From assembly GCA_040954595.2 (NCBI GenBank), contig CM082578.2, forward strand, positions 12,152,520 through 12,216,519: a DNA stretch of 64,000 bases, in the 5' to 3' direction. Position numbers and translations under genes: made by a program. The first letter of the stretch is position 1, and each line of letters opens with the position of its first letter. The stretch comes from Balanoglossus misakiensis (Eukaryota; Animalia; Hemichordata). The notes under the pieces are model-generated. The model was not told the DNA's origin and did not search any database. It saw only the letters and a program-made list of their open reading frames with translations. Positions 25,200 to 52,800 of this stretch are shown here, piece after piece.

Positions 25200-27269
25200 T
25201 ATTTTTTAAATGTTGATCAAAAGAGACATGTTTCCTATGTCATTCGGGAAATTTTCAACTTTTTAGAAAAGTCAATATTATACGTTATCTTTCGTTCGCT
25301 ACTGTTGTTCAGTTTGCCTAGGTCACTGTGACATTCCAAAGTAGCAATAATCATGACCTTGATCTTTTACTGTAGATTACGATTGAAGATGTAAATATCT
25401 TGTTCAGTTGTTTTTGTCCTGTACAGATTTTTTTTTGTATATTACAGAATGTGGTCTGTATTTACAGTCACACTCAGTCCCATGGTATTTTTGAACATCA
25501 CGAGGCTCAGTTCACAGAATACAGTCAGTCAGCAAAATTCTGCTGCAAAATTTTTTGTAAAACTTGTAAAGTATGTAATTTTTGTACAATTAATCTAAAT
25601 TACCGAAACCAATTTTCAACAAACTCACCGACTTGCAACACCTGTGATGTAGTAGCATCAATACCAAATACAGCATCATTTACATAAATTTACAAAAAAA
25701 ATATTTTGCATATAGAGGTAGCATTGACCCTGTTGAGTATCCATGAGAAGTTTGGATATGAGAGTACATCTGTGAAGTTTACCTTGTTCCCAAAAATAGG
25801 ATGTGTACATTTTAAAATAATAATTGTGTAAGAACTTTATATCTTATTTATACAGAGAGAGTTTATATCATATACATATAGAGCTTGTGAATTTTGTGAA
25901 TAACCTTAATGGGATTCTGTTTACTTTTGCTTTTAATCATCAAATCTTTTTACTTTTTTTCAGAAAATAGACATATCAGTTTCATTAGAATTGCCAAACC
26001 ATGCGCCCATAAATAAAAAAATCTAATATATGTATATCTTCTCTATACTGTCATGAATTTTTAATATCATGTAAAATTTTACATTTCTATACAGGTTTTG
26101 TATTTCTAGCAACTAGAAAACATCTTTACATCAATGTGTGACATATTTACAGCAAGGACACCTTGTATCATGTGTTTTTATTGTGTGAAATAAATTTAAT
26201 CAGAGACAATGAATGGTGACATGAGTGTGAATTACTGCTTATTAACTCATTTGAGGGTACCCTACATGAAGATGGGAGTATGGACTGACTTTAACCAAAG
26301 CGTCTGTCTCTGGACTTTGCATGGAGGAGGGACATAAAACTGACACCAACACAAGTACAAAGTCACTTCACCTTCGGTAGGTTTTCTTCTTCTTTTGTGT
26401 AAAGATTCATTTCTCCAAAGAGCGCCGTGTGAAAGAACTCCTTTCCATGGTAAATTCATCACCTGCTGCAACGCCCAGTCATTATCAAAACGTGTCGGGG
26501 ATGCTTCTGTAGCATGTCAGTCGCCACAACTTCACAGTAGCTCTGTCACCTTTCAAGACGTCATATGTTCCATCATGGCTTCAGTGGGATACAGCCAGTT
26601 GGTGTTGATTTAACAGGTATTAAATCTTCTTAAATTTGCAACGGGGACATCCATCAAGCAAAACATAGTCACAAGATCTGTCATGTCTCACATTACGGTA
26701 CCCTCCCACAGACATATTCACAGAATGCATTTTCATCCGCAATAAATCAATGGATCAACGGAGCAAAACCCACCAAAAAGGATTGGTCAGGTTGGAGGGG
26801 GATCAGGTTATTCCTGTCATGTGATGGGGTTGGGGGAGGGAGGGGAAAAAGTCTGTTGAAGTCCTGGGTACGGTTTGATAATTCAGTGTGAAGTTCATTG
26901 AAATATGAAACACTTTTATAAGTCAGAAATTATGGAATGGGTAGTCAACACAAACAGAACTAGACATACTTGCCCTTGCTACTCTGAACAAGTCAAACTT
27001 TTTAAGTAGAAAAAAGGGACTAATACAAAACTGTACAAAGCCTACAATCTAAGTACGAGGAACCATTGCTTTTAAACTGAGCCATCAAATGTACTGTCTT
27101 TCACAACAAAATGATTCATTTCATAGATTCAACCACCGAATGAAATTTAGGAAGTATGCATTATGTAAACAATTTACTCAACGTTTAAAAAACTCTTCAA
27201 CTTCTTCTTAAATATAATATATTTACATTATCATTGAAATGTGGAGTTTAGTGCCATCTGCTCGTGAAT

Positions 27270-35784
<8,515 letters not shown>

Positions 35785-36107
35785 GGTTACACTTCGACGA
35801 CGGTGATATCCCCTTCACCGGTTTCTGAGGTGAGCTTGAGAAAAATGTAGCCGATGTGCGCATGCTCGCTCGGTCAACGGTGAAATCTCGTGAAAGAGGA
35901 GATTTCACTGTGCCGAGACCTGGTGCCGAGATGTAAAACATATTGTGTGTCTTTTCTTTTCATTTACTTTTAACAATAAATAAAAACTCTTCGTGGTTTG
36001 GTCAATTCACTAACCAACCAGCTTGTCTGAAAATATCTTTAAAATGAGAAATACCGAGAAAATTTTAATATTATTTCTACGTCAATGTTATGTATTGTTG
36101 CTTTCAT

Positions 36108-36139
36108 ATTGCCATGATAACCACGGTTACCATGGAGAA
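36108..36139. promoter_or_regulatory. Tandem RFX X-box-like sites upstream of IFT122
   Basis: attgccatgataac (36108-36121) and gttaccatggagaa (36126-36139); a third, gctgacatggcaac, lies in intron 1 (35647-35660). The consensus is GTTRCCATGGYAAC. Confidence 0.65.
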
Positions 36140-39100
36140 ATCACAAGAACACGGTACAATGATGTTCGGTAATTTTGGTGAAACCAAGAAATCAAATAGA
36201 AAGGAAAATTTTAAGCTTATCTGTAATCATTGCACATGTTGGCGCATTGTCGTTCAGAAGAAAGATTCCACCTGCTGAGCCGGGAAGAGAGTTGACATTT
36301 TCAGCTACCAACAAATTGGCCAAATTATGAGACGGAACACAGACAAATTAGCGTCATTCAGTTTACTTTCCCCAGGGAAATGATTACGACAAGAGTGGAG
36401 TGGATAGGAGTGGGCGAAAAAAAATGTTTTGGTTCTGCCAATGGGGAGATGAGCTGAAAAAGTAGCGCCCTCAAAGGACCGGATTGGTTTGTCACTTCCC
36501 TGTATGTGGATGAGTCGTGCCCCTGAAATCTCCCAAAGCAATAAAAAAACACTTGCACATGTTGACAGGTTGAAAAGTAAGTACTTTATTAAATATCATA
36601 CCTTACAGCTACAGAAATTAACTAATTATGTGTGTGGCATTTTACAACCGGTTTTCAAAGTGCACATTGCAATACATCAAAAAAAGTTCTTGGAAGAATA
36701 AGTGTTGCAAACTTTGACAGTTGAAGGCAAAAAGTCAGTTCTGCACATTTTCACTTGGAGATATTTCCCCCGAAAATTGAAATTTTACAATTTCACTGTC
36801 CCTCCGAACTATACAGCAAATATGGTTTCTTACTGTCTGTCAGTAACATCACACTGAGGGTAGGATATTGCAAGGGGTTATATTTCATGACAGAGGAAAC
36901 CACATGATGATAAGTCTATAGACTACACTGTGATTACATTCTTGTAGTGGGAAGGACAGTTGAGCAAAATTCAGTGAAAATACTCTCCTAGAGAAAATAA
37001 AGTGCATCAACTTCACTTCTAAACTGCCCGTGTCAAATATAGTGAAAATAAATTCCCAGCAAAAGCAATGTACATGAACTTCACAATTTCTTTGAAATGC
37101 TCGCGTTAAGACACTTTACTGATAAAATGTTAACTGGATGTCGAATACACCATGCACTGTTAGCTGTGACATTAAAATTTTATGTTTTCTCAAAAACACT
37201 CAATACGGAGTGCTACCGGTACTTCCCAACTTTTCAGTTTTCCTTCACATATATCAGTTGCATTATCAACACTACAGCCCAAAACCATGAATCATGCTGA
37301 TTTGCACAGTACAGATCGATGCTATAATTACCTTATTTTTCTGTTTCTAGTTTCAAAAGCAGTCGTAGTTTAATCTTGACAATCCCCATCAATCTCCCCT
37401 CCACCCCAAAAAGTATACTGATTACCAGAACTAGATATAATTCCAAAGTTCAGTCATCAAACATCCGCTCGTTTTTAAATATATACTGCCACGTTTAAAT
37501 ATTTTAAATACAAATCGTCTTCTACGAGATTTCACGCCCAGTAATTAATTATTTCGTCATTTTGGGGGGATGTACAAAAAAATGAGTTTCAGAAATTGGT
37601 TCAACTGACAGTGGTACACAAATTACCTATCTGTTTACAAGGCAAGTTTTTTTCTTTTTGAATGTTGAATGTTTTTGTTCTTTTTCCTTACAAGACCCAA
37701 AAATCTAGTGATCAATAATCAGTTTTGCGTTAACTGTATAAATGCACACTTTATGAATGGAGTAAAAATGGTGCACATTAAAACACAGATTAATAAAGAA
37801 TTGGGAGTTTTTCTTCCGGCACACACACTGCGGTTGAATACTCTGCTCCCGTAAAGGCAGTGTCTAGGTTAATGCGACTAAGAAAATCGTGCAATGCACA
37901 GTTGGAATGACGATAAAATCTGAAATATGTCTACCTACACCTCAGCCAAACAAATACAACTGGAAATTGATTTTTTGATTTTTGAGTCCACTTGTCTGCA
38001 GAAATGTGACACAAAACCGGGACTCAGTGATTGCTGTGATGAAAATCTCTTTAGACATAACCTCAAGAAAAGAGTGACAGCTGGGATTGACAGGTCTAGA
38101 AGTGACAAAATTTCTGCATGTGACACTGTGCATACATTGCCTGGATTTATGGAAGCAACATTCAGTGAACTGCAAGTCTGCAGGCCAATGTTTCTCGTTT
38201 TCATGGGCATAATACCCAAATTTAGCTAAAAAGTTCAATTTACATATCACAAAATTTAACATCTACAGGTTTACATCCTGCAGATGTGAATTTTTTATCA
38301 GTACCCAAAACTTGTTCAGGTGTTGGATGAAACACGCAATCATCCATGACATTCGACAGTTTTCTGATAAATAACCTTGTTTTGTTTTTTTAATTTCAAA
38401 CAACATTTGGAATAATGAAAACTCCAATTAAAAACACATGCGTTCTTCTATTAACCAAGCAACACATTTTAGGGAGAGAGTTCACAGGTCACACGGGATC
38501 ATGAAGGGTCAAAGTTCAAGATGACAGTTTATGATTTCAAGAAAAAAATCTGCATACAGAGAAATTAGAAGTACGCAGAGAAAAACGTCAGATTTCACTG
38601 ACAGAGCATCATAGAAATTTCAAGACAAAATGGTGCAACGTGTTCTGAAAAAGCTAATTTCATTAAAAATGTTTATTTTTGACATTAACATACGAAGGAA
38701 GGATGAGCAGCAGCATTACATGAATTTGAACTACCAAGTAACCATGGTCATAAAAGTACAGTATATACAATGCAGAATCTGCAAAATTCTAAATTTCAAG
38801 CACAATTTCTAATTTTTCAGACTAACTTACAGTTTAAAGATGTTCAAAAATTGCCTTTTTAACGCCTTTAAATGAGATAGAGGACTGTGATGCACACTGT
38901 GGAACAGCAGAATCACTGTCACTCCAATGAAGAACGGAACTGAAGACAATCTTTCACCAAAACTGATAAACTACAATGAGAATCCGAAAGCGTTCTCCCC
39001 AGGAATTTCTGGTACAATTTGCATAAATTTAGAACCTGTTATAATAATGATTTTCCATTTGTTTCAAATTTTTAAGATGGTGACCTGATATTCTAACTCT

Positions 39101-40083
39101 GGGGAGAATGCTGACTGGTCATCATTGACAGCGACAGCATTATTTCACAAACAGAAGGGAGACAAAATGCCAGCCACTGTTTTTGTGACCTGTTTCTGAA
39201 AATGTAAAAACCTGCTGCATGATGAAGCTGAGAAATTAGGCTGGTGAGCGTAGGAATTCTCTCTGAACCATGCATTTATTTGCTCCTGCCCCGGAAACTA
39301 CATTCCTCTACGGATATGCTAAATTCTCCAAATTACACCCTACACTATAAAGCTGGTACTCGCAAGAATTGTATAAAATTTGAAATAACCTCTCCAAAGC
39401 GGCTAACAGCATACATATCGATACAGTAATCAACGCTAGACATGAATGTAACTTAAAGAATTTACAATACTTAATAGTGTCTGTTCTTTTTTCCTATTTT
39501 TTTGTTTTCCCTACTTCAAGTTATGTTGTTATTATTATTGCGTTGTGTCCATATATTTCCTTCTTTTAAATACAAAAACACACATGTAAGCAATCTGTGT
39601 TGATAACCTGGGCAGTAGTAATATGAGTGATAAAAATAGCTACTGTGGTAGATAGGTAAAGGTGCAGTGGTCTTTGTGATCTGGGGGTGTTCACTTACAG
39701 CCTATGGGTTCTTCATGCACTCCTACGACACAGGTACGTGTGCAGACCATTAAAATCGAAAAAAAAAGTGTCTTTCTTTTGAAGAGGATGGAAAGTTAGA
39801 AATCTGCTGCTGCAGTTCGGTTCTCGGTGATGACAAGGGTTCAACGTTGAGGTGATGGAGCGTTGGTTGGCCCGCTTCGTACAAGGATCTGTTGAGGCAA
39901 ATAGAATCGCGGGAAGTGTGAGTCACCAACATCTCAATGCATGCAGTCATCATATAGCGGACTCGTCGTCAGTTTAGTGACCTAAGTTGCATATAAATAC
40001 GGTAACTGTTATGTAAATGATTTTCCAGCACACAGTAACTCACCTGATAAAAAACAGTCACTGGACACTTGATTGTTATAAAA

Positions 40084-43850
<3,767 letters not shown>

Positions 43851-46339
43851 CTTTGGATGGTAAACCAATCAAACTCTTAACACACCTGTCAGAATAAAAA
43901 ATGCTGATATTGTGAATTTAAATACCATGAGTATTCATTTAAGTACTACAGCTACCAGTGTCCACTGCAAAAAGCAACACTGACATTGGTCAAGTTCATG
44001 ATGTGTTTGAAAAATCTGCACCATGTGTGGACTTGATCTTGAAAATGCTTTTCAAAGTGGAAAATGAACATTGCCCAATATCATGTGATACTGGTAGTTT
44101 TATTTATTGTGTTGAGTGTACAAGTCATCCCCCATGATGTAATTGGTGATCATTCATTCTGACACTGTAATTCTCATTACAATGCTAAAATAACACCATA
44201 TTTATTTTGCTAAAAAGAACATATTAATCTTCCACATGACGCATGTAAATATGGAGTCACCGTTCTTCACAATGAGCAGAACTAATTATATTAAAACTAC
44301 AAGTTTATGAATAAACTATTAATTTATGACCCAAATTTGTATGATATCTCAATTCAAATGATTTCCTCGTCAAAGTATGAGACCTGTATTTCTTTGTTCA
44401 AATTATCTCCAATGCTTTTGAACGGTAGAGGTTTTGGAGAAAACAAAAGCTCCATTTATATAACTGATGACGTCTACAATAACACAGAGATGGGCAAAGT
44501 CCTGATAAACTGACACATGTGGGCTGCACGTTTCTTTTGTCTGCAATGCAGTTTTCTGTTTGTTTGCCAATTACATTATGTAGCTGTATCTGAGTGGCCA
44601 TTTTTAAAGTGACATACGACTGTGAAAGCGTTCTGCAGACAATGACGAGGGTTTTGTCTGGCGTGCATGTGTGAGAATACTAATATTCATGTCAAATACC
44701 GAACTGCATCACAAAGAAGCCTTGAAATACCATATTTCACGAAAAGTCAGAATATATTTCGTAACCCAGTCTTTTTTTACTGCTGGTGGATGTCTTTGTT
44801 CCAAACGCAATACTGACCTGTGCTAGTGCATGTAAATGGCGCTTCGCAATACAAATATCATAATGGTGTAATAATATCTGTAAATCATCACTGTTGAAAT
44901 TTGAAATGGACAAGAAGCCATATAAATGCTGGTGGAGATACAAATTCACGATCATCACGATATTGAAATTGTGTACCACTTGTGGGTGTATGGTTGGTTA
45001 TACACACTCTCATTCCCATCAAGATTACCATACTTTCTGAATGACATTAATTTCTTTCCATCATATCATAACAGCAATCCTACAAAACATTACCCTACTA
45101 CAGCATCCTACAATTATTTTTCAAGGACCTGACAAGGCATTGTTTGCAATAGAATTGAGCATCTGATAGGAGAAAGTCTGCTGAGTGTAAACATATAGTT
45201 TAAGTAAAGGCCACCTGATGAGCCATCTCGTATTGAGGTGCACTGTGCTTGCTGTGAGCAATGATTAGCATGATGTGCATTGTTTGTCCAGCATATCAGT
45301 GCAATGGGCAACACTGATTGTGATTGTGCGGCGCACACATTTGCATGGTCGTGGGACGATTCTGTTCTACTCTGCGACCGCACCTCAGGTCCAGGTATAG
45401 GAAGTACATGGTCAGACGCCTTTATACTCTGGTTATTAATAGCCACACACAAGTGACAATGATGTAATAACATCGCACTTTCCAATGAATAAGGCACTAG
45501 TATATACTTGATATCTTTGGGTGCATCTTGGTCGTCGCGGGTCAAGAGGAATCACCGGGGCGACTGCCAGACGCATGCAAGGCACGGCCTGAGACAACAA
45601 ACGGAAAGGGGGAGTCCTGTCTGTCCGATCGCTCCCATCTCCTACGCTCCATATGTAGTGATGACGGCCATTGCATAGTCACCGGCAACCGATTTAATGA
45701 CATGGGCTGGGTGTGACTGCATTTTTCAACTTTTAACGGAATATCTGTAGTAGACCGACTTTTGTGGCCTGAATATTTTAAAATATTCCCGCGTGGCAAA
45801 CTATGGAGTTGCTCTGTCGTTAGAAAAATTGAATAATTGCCATTCAAAGGATTTTAAAACGCGGTACAAATTACATGTTATGTTATGTACGTGTACACAC
45901 TACATCGCTAGTAGTACTGGAAACTAGTGTACAGACGTGTAAGTTTCCGGCAGAAACACTCCCTGTATATTTCAGTCTTCCGACGTCCCTAATAAATCGT
46001 TCGTTAAATGTCCAGCCAAAATTATCAGAAATTCATCATCATACATAAGGGATTCCAGTCGATGTATCTACTTAGCAAATCTAAATCAAACGATCGTAGA
46101 TCCTTGGCCGTTCATAAAACACAACAGTGTACAATGAACTCGTATTACAGTACAAGCGACTCGGATCGTTGGTGGAGTGGAGTGCTCGAATCATATTGGC
46201 TTCCAGCTGCATTTACGTTCTGCGTTTTTAGGAATGATCTCTCGATAACACTTAAACGGACGATCGATAACGTGGTTATTGACGCTCGATCGATCCACGT
46301 AAGAAAAATATGACATTTTACTGGATCAACTGGAATCGT

Positions 46340-46440
46340 TACAACACTTACCGTCAAGACAAAGCGTCGTCCAATACACTGACACTGGGACCCGAGTAGA
46401 GAAATGGATGGCTGTGACGTCATCACAGCCTCGAACGCCT
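46340..46440 (-). promoter_or_regulatory. Probable Rap1 non-coding first exon/promoter with a palindromic CRE
   Basis: Minus-strand donor (forward cttac|cg, ~46351) in CpG-rich DNA; tgacgtca at 46415-46422 inside the stem ggctgtga...tcacagcc (46410-46430). Confidence 0.45.
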
Positions 46441-49400
46441 CCACTTTTAATAGAGAGTTTGAATCTGATTATAAAACTCATACTTGAAGATGTAAATGCC
46501 TACAAAAATGAATGAACATAAATATCATATTAATGTTACACACATATACTTTTTTGCGTTCTTCTTACGTTATTTGCTTTAAATCTTAGCAGATACATCA
46601 TGAAAGTGGCTACAAGGTCAACACAAATTCCTGCCGTCGATGGCGCCAGACAGCCTAAACATATCCACTCCCTCGGAGGCATTCTATAAATGTGGGACAT
46701 ATGATTCACAAGTTTATCAGGGCGTGTCTTCCTCTGAGAATCCAATGCCAAATCTGGCTCCTGCGTTGCCCCCTTCGAAGCATGCAACGTGATCTGTCAA
46801 ACGTGACGAAATATACCCCGCGCCGTTTAGAAATAGATCATGGTAGTTATACCAGACGGATAATAAGCTTTAGGCAAAAAAAACTTGTAGCGCCACTGAT
46901 GATGGCCGTATGGACAAGGCTATGACTTCTCGAGGGTTTGTTGTACAAGGCCACAGAAGATTACAAAAAGCTCACCATAAGAAAACACAAGATGAAGCAC
47001 CACTAGGCACAGTTTCATGAACACAAAATACGTAATACAAAGTAACAAGCAATTTTTTGCAAAAATTAGAAAATTGCTTTAATAAAAGACTTCGCACACT
47101 ATATTTATAGTTACAGATTTTAACTAGCAGACCGTGGGTCAAGATAAATAAATAAACGTGTACATGGCCAGTTCGTCAAAGTTTCAATTACAAATGTACA
47201 AGCAAGATGCTTTAAAGCTAAACAATAACGTAAATTTGACATACTGATGAGACAAATGAGCTCGCTTTTGAAATATGTGGGGTATAGCCCAGATACCCAA
47301 CGGTCGACACAATATTTGCACGATTTAAGCAACGAAAAGCCTTAACGAGTGATTTTTTACTACCTAGAACTTTGATCTGTGAGACTAGTTTACAAAAAAC
47401 TAACAGAAATCGAGTTAAAGCCTGCAATTTAATTACGCATAAACAGAAAAGGCGCGTTTCAATCCGTCCAACTTTTAAAAGATCATTTCTCTTCTGCTTT
47501 GTCGTTTCGATGTTTTCTGCCAAGGTCTGTCGTTATATACTGGTCATGGACAGTGACAGGGACATTGGTTATCAATCACCATGACACTGCACATGACAAA
47601 GATCTCGAGCCCCTCTCTTTCTTTCTTTTTTACTAAGTCCATATCTATCGTAAAGAAATTGCAACCTGGATCCTGGGCTATGAAGTAAAAAAAAATTGCA
47701 ATTCCATTGTCGGGAAAACTTTCCGTGTGAAGCCCAGATACCAATGCAAAAATCGTGTATAAATCCCACTTTTCCACCATTCTTCAATGTTTTGAGTCTA
47801 AGTTTTGACTCACACGTGTGCTGATGAGCGGATGCCCCGAGAAACCTCATGACAGGCAGCTACTGAAAACCGAGCCTGGTCGGAAAGACTACCCACATGT
47901 CCGGATTCGAGTGCGACACTGATGATCAAAATCCAATCAGGCTCTTGTGACTCAATCTGTGGTTTGTACCGGACAATACATATTCACTTTCGCAGATTTA
48001 ACAAAATTAGATCTGCCATCATCCTGTTTGTAAAATTCAGAAGTCAATATGTGTTACGTGGTATGCACAAACTTAAAAATCATTTTCTCTACGAAGATAA
48101 CGTTAGCATTGTAGTATATTTTGATTTCTTTTTTTTTCAAGAAACTAGCTAGTCTTAAAATGTCCGACTGAATTTGAACACCACCAAAATACTGACATTC
48201 CCAAAAGAACCTTGTAATGCGCAGTTTATAAAATACCCATATCTGCTCATTGATGGAAACTAATTGATTTTCGCTGGTGTAAAAAGTAAGAGTTGATAAT
48301 ATATGCGCTCGATGGGATAATCAAGTTGCGATTTAATATTCACTACAGAAGAGAGAGAGAGAGAGAGGTGTCTCGAGGGCATCTTCCCAACTTCGACATA
48401 TTAAATCTGGAGGAGGGGCACTCCCATTTTTAAATCGGTCGTACGACCGGTCGTGGGACTTGGTCGTGTGAATCGTTGGTTCATTTTGGGCCAGATATCC
48501 ACATGTACCTCGAGTTTGACCTCCGCCCCGGGTCACTTCAAATTGCCTCCTGCAGACTTTTGACTCTACTTAATTTTGACGTTTCACCCCGTTTTCTACT
48601 CTAGCACGTCTATTTGACAGTTTACCCACCACTTTGTAGACAATGTAGGGTTTTGACATCAGTATTTAGCAAACACTGAGGCTTGACTTAGCAATGATTC
48701 ACGTCATACACCACACAATCCCACTTTCATTCAAACCGTACAAAACTAATCACAAGTGATTGACACAAGAAAACATTTTTTTTATTTCACACAAGAAAAC
48801 AGCACAGATTTACATATATTCACTAGGCCAGTAGCTGCGCTGTCTTAATGTTGTCTTTGTGCAAGCGTCTTCTCAGACTGAAAATCTGTTCAATCAAAAT
48901 ACCCAGGAATGGTATTATTCCTCTCATTGTGTGCTTCTCAGCTCAAAAATGAATGTTTGTTTCTACTTTGCTGGGGGCAATACGCTTTCATATTTTAAAC
49001 TGGGAACCTATCATTGGTTTGATGCAACCCATTAGAGTCCAAGCTCTGAGCACCACTGGAACATTGTGCAAAGACACTACAAGTCTGGCAAAACATCTGA
49101 TAAAACACTCCAAAACATCTGCGATAATGAACACAGGGACTTACACTTTTGTCAAAAATTATTCAGCACGGCACAAACAAATCGTATTCAACATGCCTGC
49201 ACTTTTAGCACAAGCACTCAAACACAGATAAACCAAATTTGAATTCAGCTTGTCCACTATTTCGAGTACGGATGCACGAACACAGTAACACCACGGAAAA
49301 TCCCACACATGGGCACGTACTTAAGTTTAAACACAACAGTACTATACAGCCATTGGATAAAACTGCAGAAGCAACCATCCTACGGAGACACACAACACTA

Positions 49401-49896
49401 CAGTGACACTAAAAATCGACAGAATTCATGATATATCCACACAACACATCTCAGGTCTGTGTCGGCACACACAAGTACAAATTCCATGGACCCATATTTA
49501 CAATCACTGCACTACAATAAGTTTCTTAAACATTGCAAAAATCTGGACTGGCACCCAATAACGTCACGGCTTACAATAAAACCAGCAGAAAACGACATTG
49601 TTTATCAACACACGTGCACTCACGCACTGTACTCCTTCAAATACAAACAAACTGCAAGTTCACAAAGAAATAAATTCTCTTCATAAAATATTCTCTCTGT
49701 AGTAAGTAAATTTACAAACTTCTCACAAGTATCTTTGTTTCGTAGAAATCAACCATAAATAGTACATTTAAATAGCCGCACAAAAATACTGGTTGTCTTT
49801 CAGCCAATAAATATCGCACTCCTCTATGGAGGAATCGCACGTCAAATAACAGTATGAGTCATTTTTATACTCTTTGGATAGAACAATATATTCCTT

Positions 49897-52800
49897 TTAC
49901 ATGGACGTGAAGTCCCACAGTTTGACGGTTTTGTCGTAAGAGCCAGATACGATCATGCTGTCGTTGAACTGCAGGCAGGTGACGCCGTCCGTGTGGTGAC
50001 GCAGCGTGACCAGTCGCTCGCCCGTCTCCAGATTCCAGACTTTCAGGGTCTTGTCGTCGGCCGCGCTGACTATTCTCCAGCTGTCCGCTTGAAGACATCT
50101 GCGGGAGACAAGATATGCGAAAGAAGCTTTTATTCTGGATTAGCAAATGATAAGACAGGTGGGGAAAATGCAGATCGGAACGTACTCTGCCATTTATAAC
50201 TTTAATGTTTGCAGCCCCCTGTGCTTCCATCAAGAAGATTGAAAGACTTGCCGCATGAGGGCGCTCTACCCTAGCAGTCTGACAATGAAGGGGCTACGAC
50301 AGTCTGTCCAGTTTCACAGACAGTCCACACAACCTTACCTTACAACACCAGTGTGTCCTTCTGAATTGGCCCAATCTAACGTACTGGTGCACATGCCGGT
50401 GTTGATATCCCAGAACTTGATGTTACTGTCCAGGGATCCGCTGATGATCTTTTTGGCGTCAAACTGCAGACAGGTCACGGCGTCCTGATGCCCCTCCAGG
50501 GTCATCAGACAGACTCCGAGTGACAGGTTCCAAACCTGTGGGTGGCAGAAAAAGAATAACATATTTTTCACCCTTGTTTGCGGTCGTTTTGTATCACTTT
50601 GCTGATAAGACTGGATAATCCTTATCTGCTGGCTTGCTTTCATCTCAACGCTTTGCCCAGAATGGCTGAGTGTCGAGTCTATGACTTACCTTGATGGTTT
50701 TGTCACAGCTGCCGGACACTATCTTGTCGTCATCGAACTGCAGGCACAGAACAGCTGAAGTGTGGCCCCTGAAAAGCATGCACAGAAAGTGAGTGTGAGA
50801 GTCAGGCTCGTTACTCTGACCACTGTACTTTACAGTGTATTATGGATTTCATACACAGAAAAAACTCATGGACCAGAAACTTCCACAAGTGGAACAGGCG
50901 CTAACCATCAAATTCTCACCTCAGAGTGGTCCTGCACCGTCCTGTTCTGATGTCCCAGATTTTCAATGTCTTGTCGTACGACCCGCTGACGACCTTGTCG
51001 TCGTCAACCTGGAGACAGCGGACGGTGTCTGTGTGTCCCACCATAGTGACCCGGCAGGCGATGCTGGACCAGCTGCTCTGCATTGACAGATCCCACACCT
51101 TGAGAGAAAGAGAGAATGTGACACGTAGTGTTACAAATTGGGAAGTGATATGTGCTGATGTCCTCATGTTGGGTTACACTGACCCTCCCACCAATCCCTC
51201 GCATCACCATCACCTCCAACCACCAACACAACCATCACTGTAGCATAAATCTTGCTTGCATCTTATTCAATCCTTCATCCACATTATTCCTACCTTGATG
51301 TTGGCATCGGTGGATCCACTAACCAACCTGTTGCCCTCCAAGTGCAAGCAGCGCACGGTGCCAGAATGACCAACCAGAGTGAGTACTGACCACGGAGTGT
51401 TGGTACGGATATTCCATACCTAGAAAACGAAAAAATGTTATCATCATACATTTTTTTGTCGAACAGATTTCATAAAATTTATCAAAAATCAGAAGAGCCA
51501 GGCAGACCACAATCAATGTTTCCTCCAATGTCGATAACACAACACTAATCAGACTGCAGTTACCTTGATTGATTTATCTGAGGATCCACTGACGATTCTG
51601 GTGTCATCGAACTGAACACAGGAGATGCCCTGGGTGTGACCTTCAAAAGTTCTCACAGTACAGTACCCTTTCAACCAATTGCGCCGAAGGCGGTATCTCT
51701 CAGCAAACACTTGCTTCCACTGCAATGAAAATGAAGAATGAATTGGACCCAGTATGACAGCAGGCAACATGTAAACACCCACTAAGGTTTGCCATAACTT
51801 CATTGGTCCGAGCCTGAACCATACTTGCCAAAAATTACAGTAAAAACATCCAACTCAACAGCTTTTATTATTTAAGATAATATAAACCATGAGAGAAACT
51901 ATGAGACTTACATGGATATATGGCGACATATGGTTAATCATTTGCTTCTGTTCTCCAGCCCTCGACAACTGATACTTGGGGAGTCGGCAAAACCAGCGCC
52001 ATATTGAAGGTTCATTGGCCAACTCGTTCCAGCTTCGACTAACTTGAGAGCAGTTACATAAACTTACTGAGAAAGAAAAAAAAAACGTTGAAAGGTCATA
52101 TTTCATACATGATCCAAATTAAGATCCTTATTTTTTGGTTTGAAACTATCTGGCAAACACTTAAACTCTGTAACAGACCTACCTGGATCTAAAAAGGACA
52201 AAATATAGAAAGACAGCTGAGTTGGTAGCCATGACAACAGATCTTGACAGTTGTGCGGACAAGACTTGTGAAGTTGTGTCTCCATAGCAACCGACAGTAA
52301 ATGCATCTGGGGTAGCTGGCATTGACTCTGAGGGGAAAAATTGTGCAAAAATGAAAGTCATGATTGTCTCATGATATGTGACTGTGTGTCAGTGTCATGT
52401 GCACTGTGCCACATAACAAGTTAAGTTTACGTGGTACATGTTCTCGTCAATGTTTTTCATTGCAGCCATTTATAATGTTTAAAAAAAAAGAATTTTCAGC
52501 TCACCAATAGTTTTTTCAACATGATATTCTTCTGTTGGTCATCAAATTCTTCAAACCATTCCATCAGGACCTGAAAAACATCACACAATATCCGTAATGA
52601 ATATTCATATTCCAATTCTAGCAAACGTCTTCATCTGTTTTTGTTTTGCTTAAAGAACAGTGTACTACATTTCAACTCTGATAAAAATAATGGAATGACA
52701 TTTTCTTTCACAAAGTATTTGCGAGAGACTGTCACACTAACCTCCATTCTGTGTTTGAATGTAAGTCCGTCAACGCCGTCTTGGACTTGAGAATGCTTAC

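Noticed and set aside
45114-45545. 143-aa ORF in the Rap1 5' intron, a possible transposon remnant
   Set aside because: No transposase or RT motif and no terminal repeats identified.
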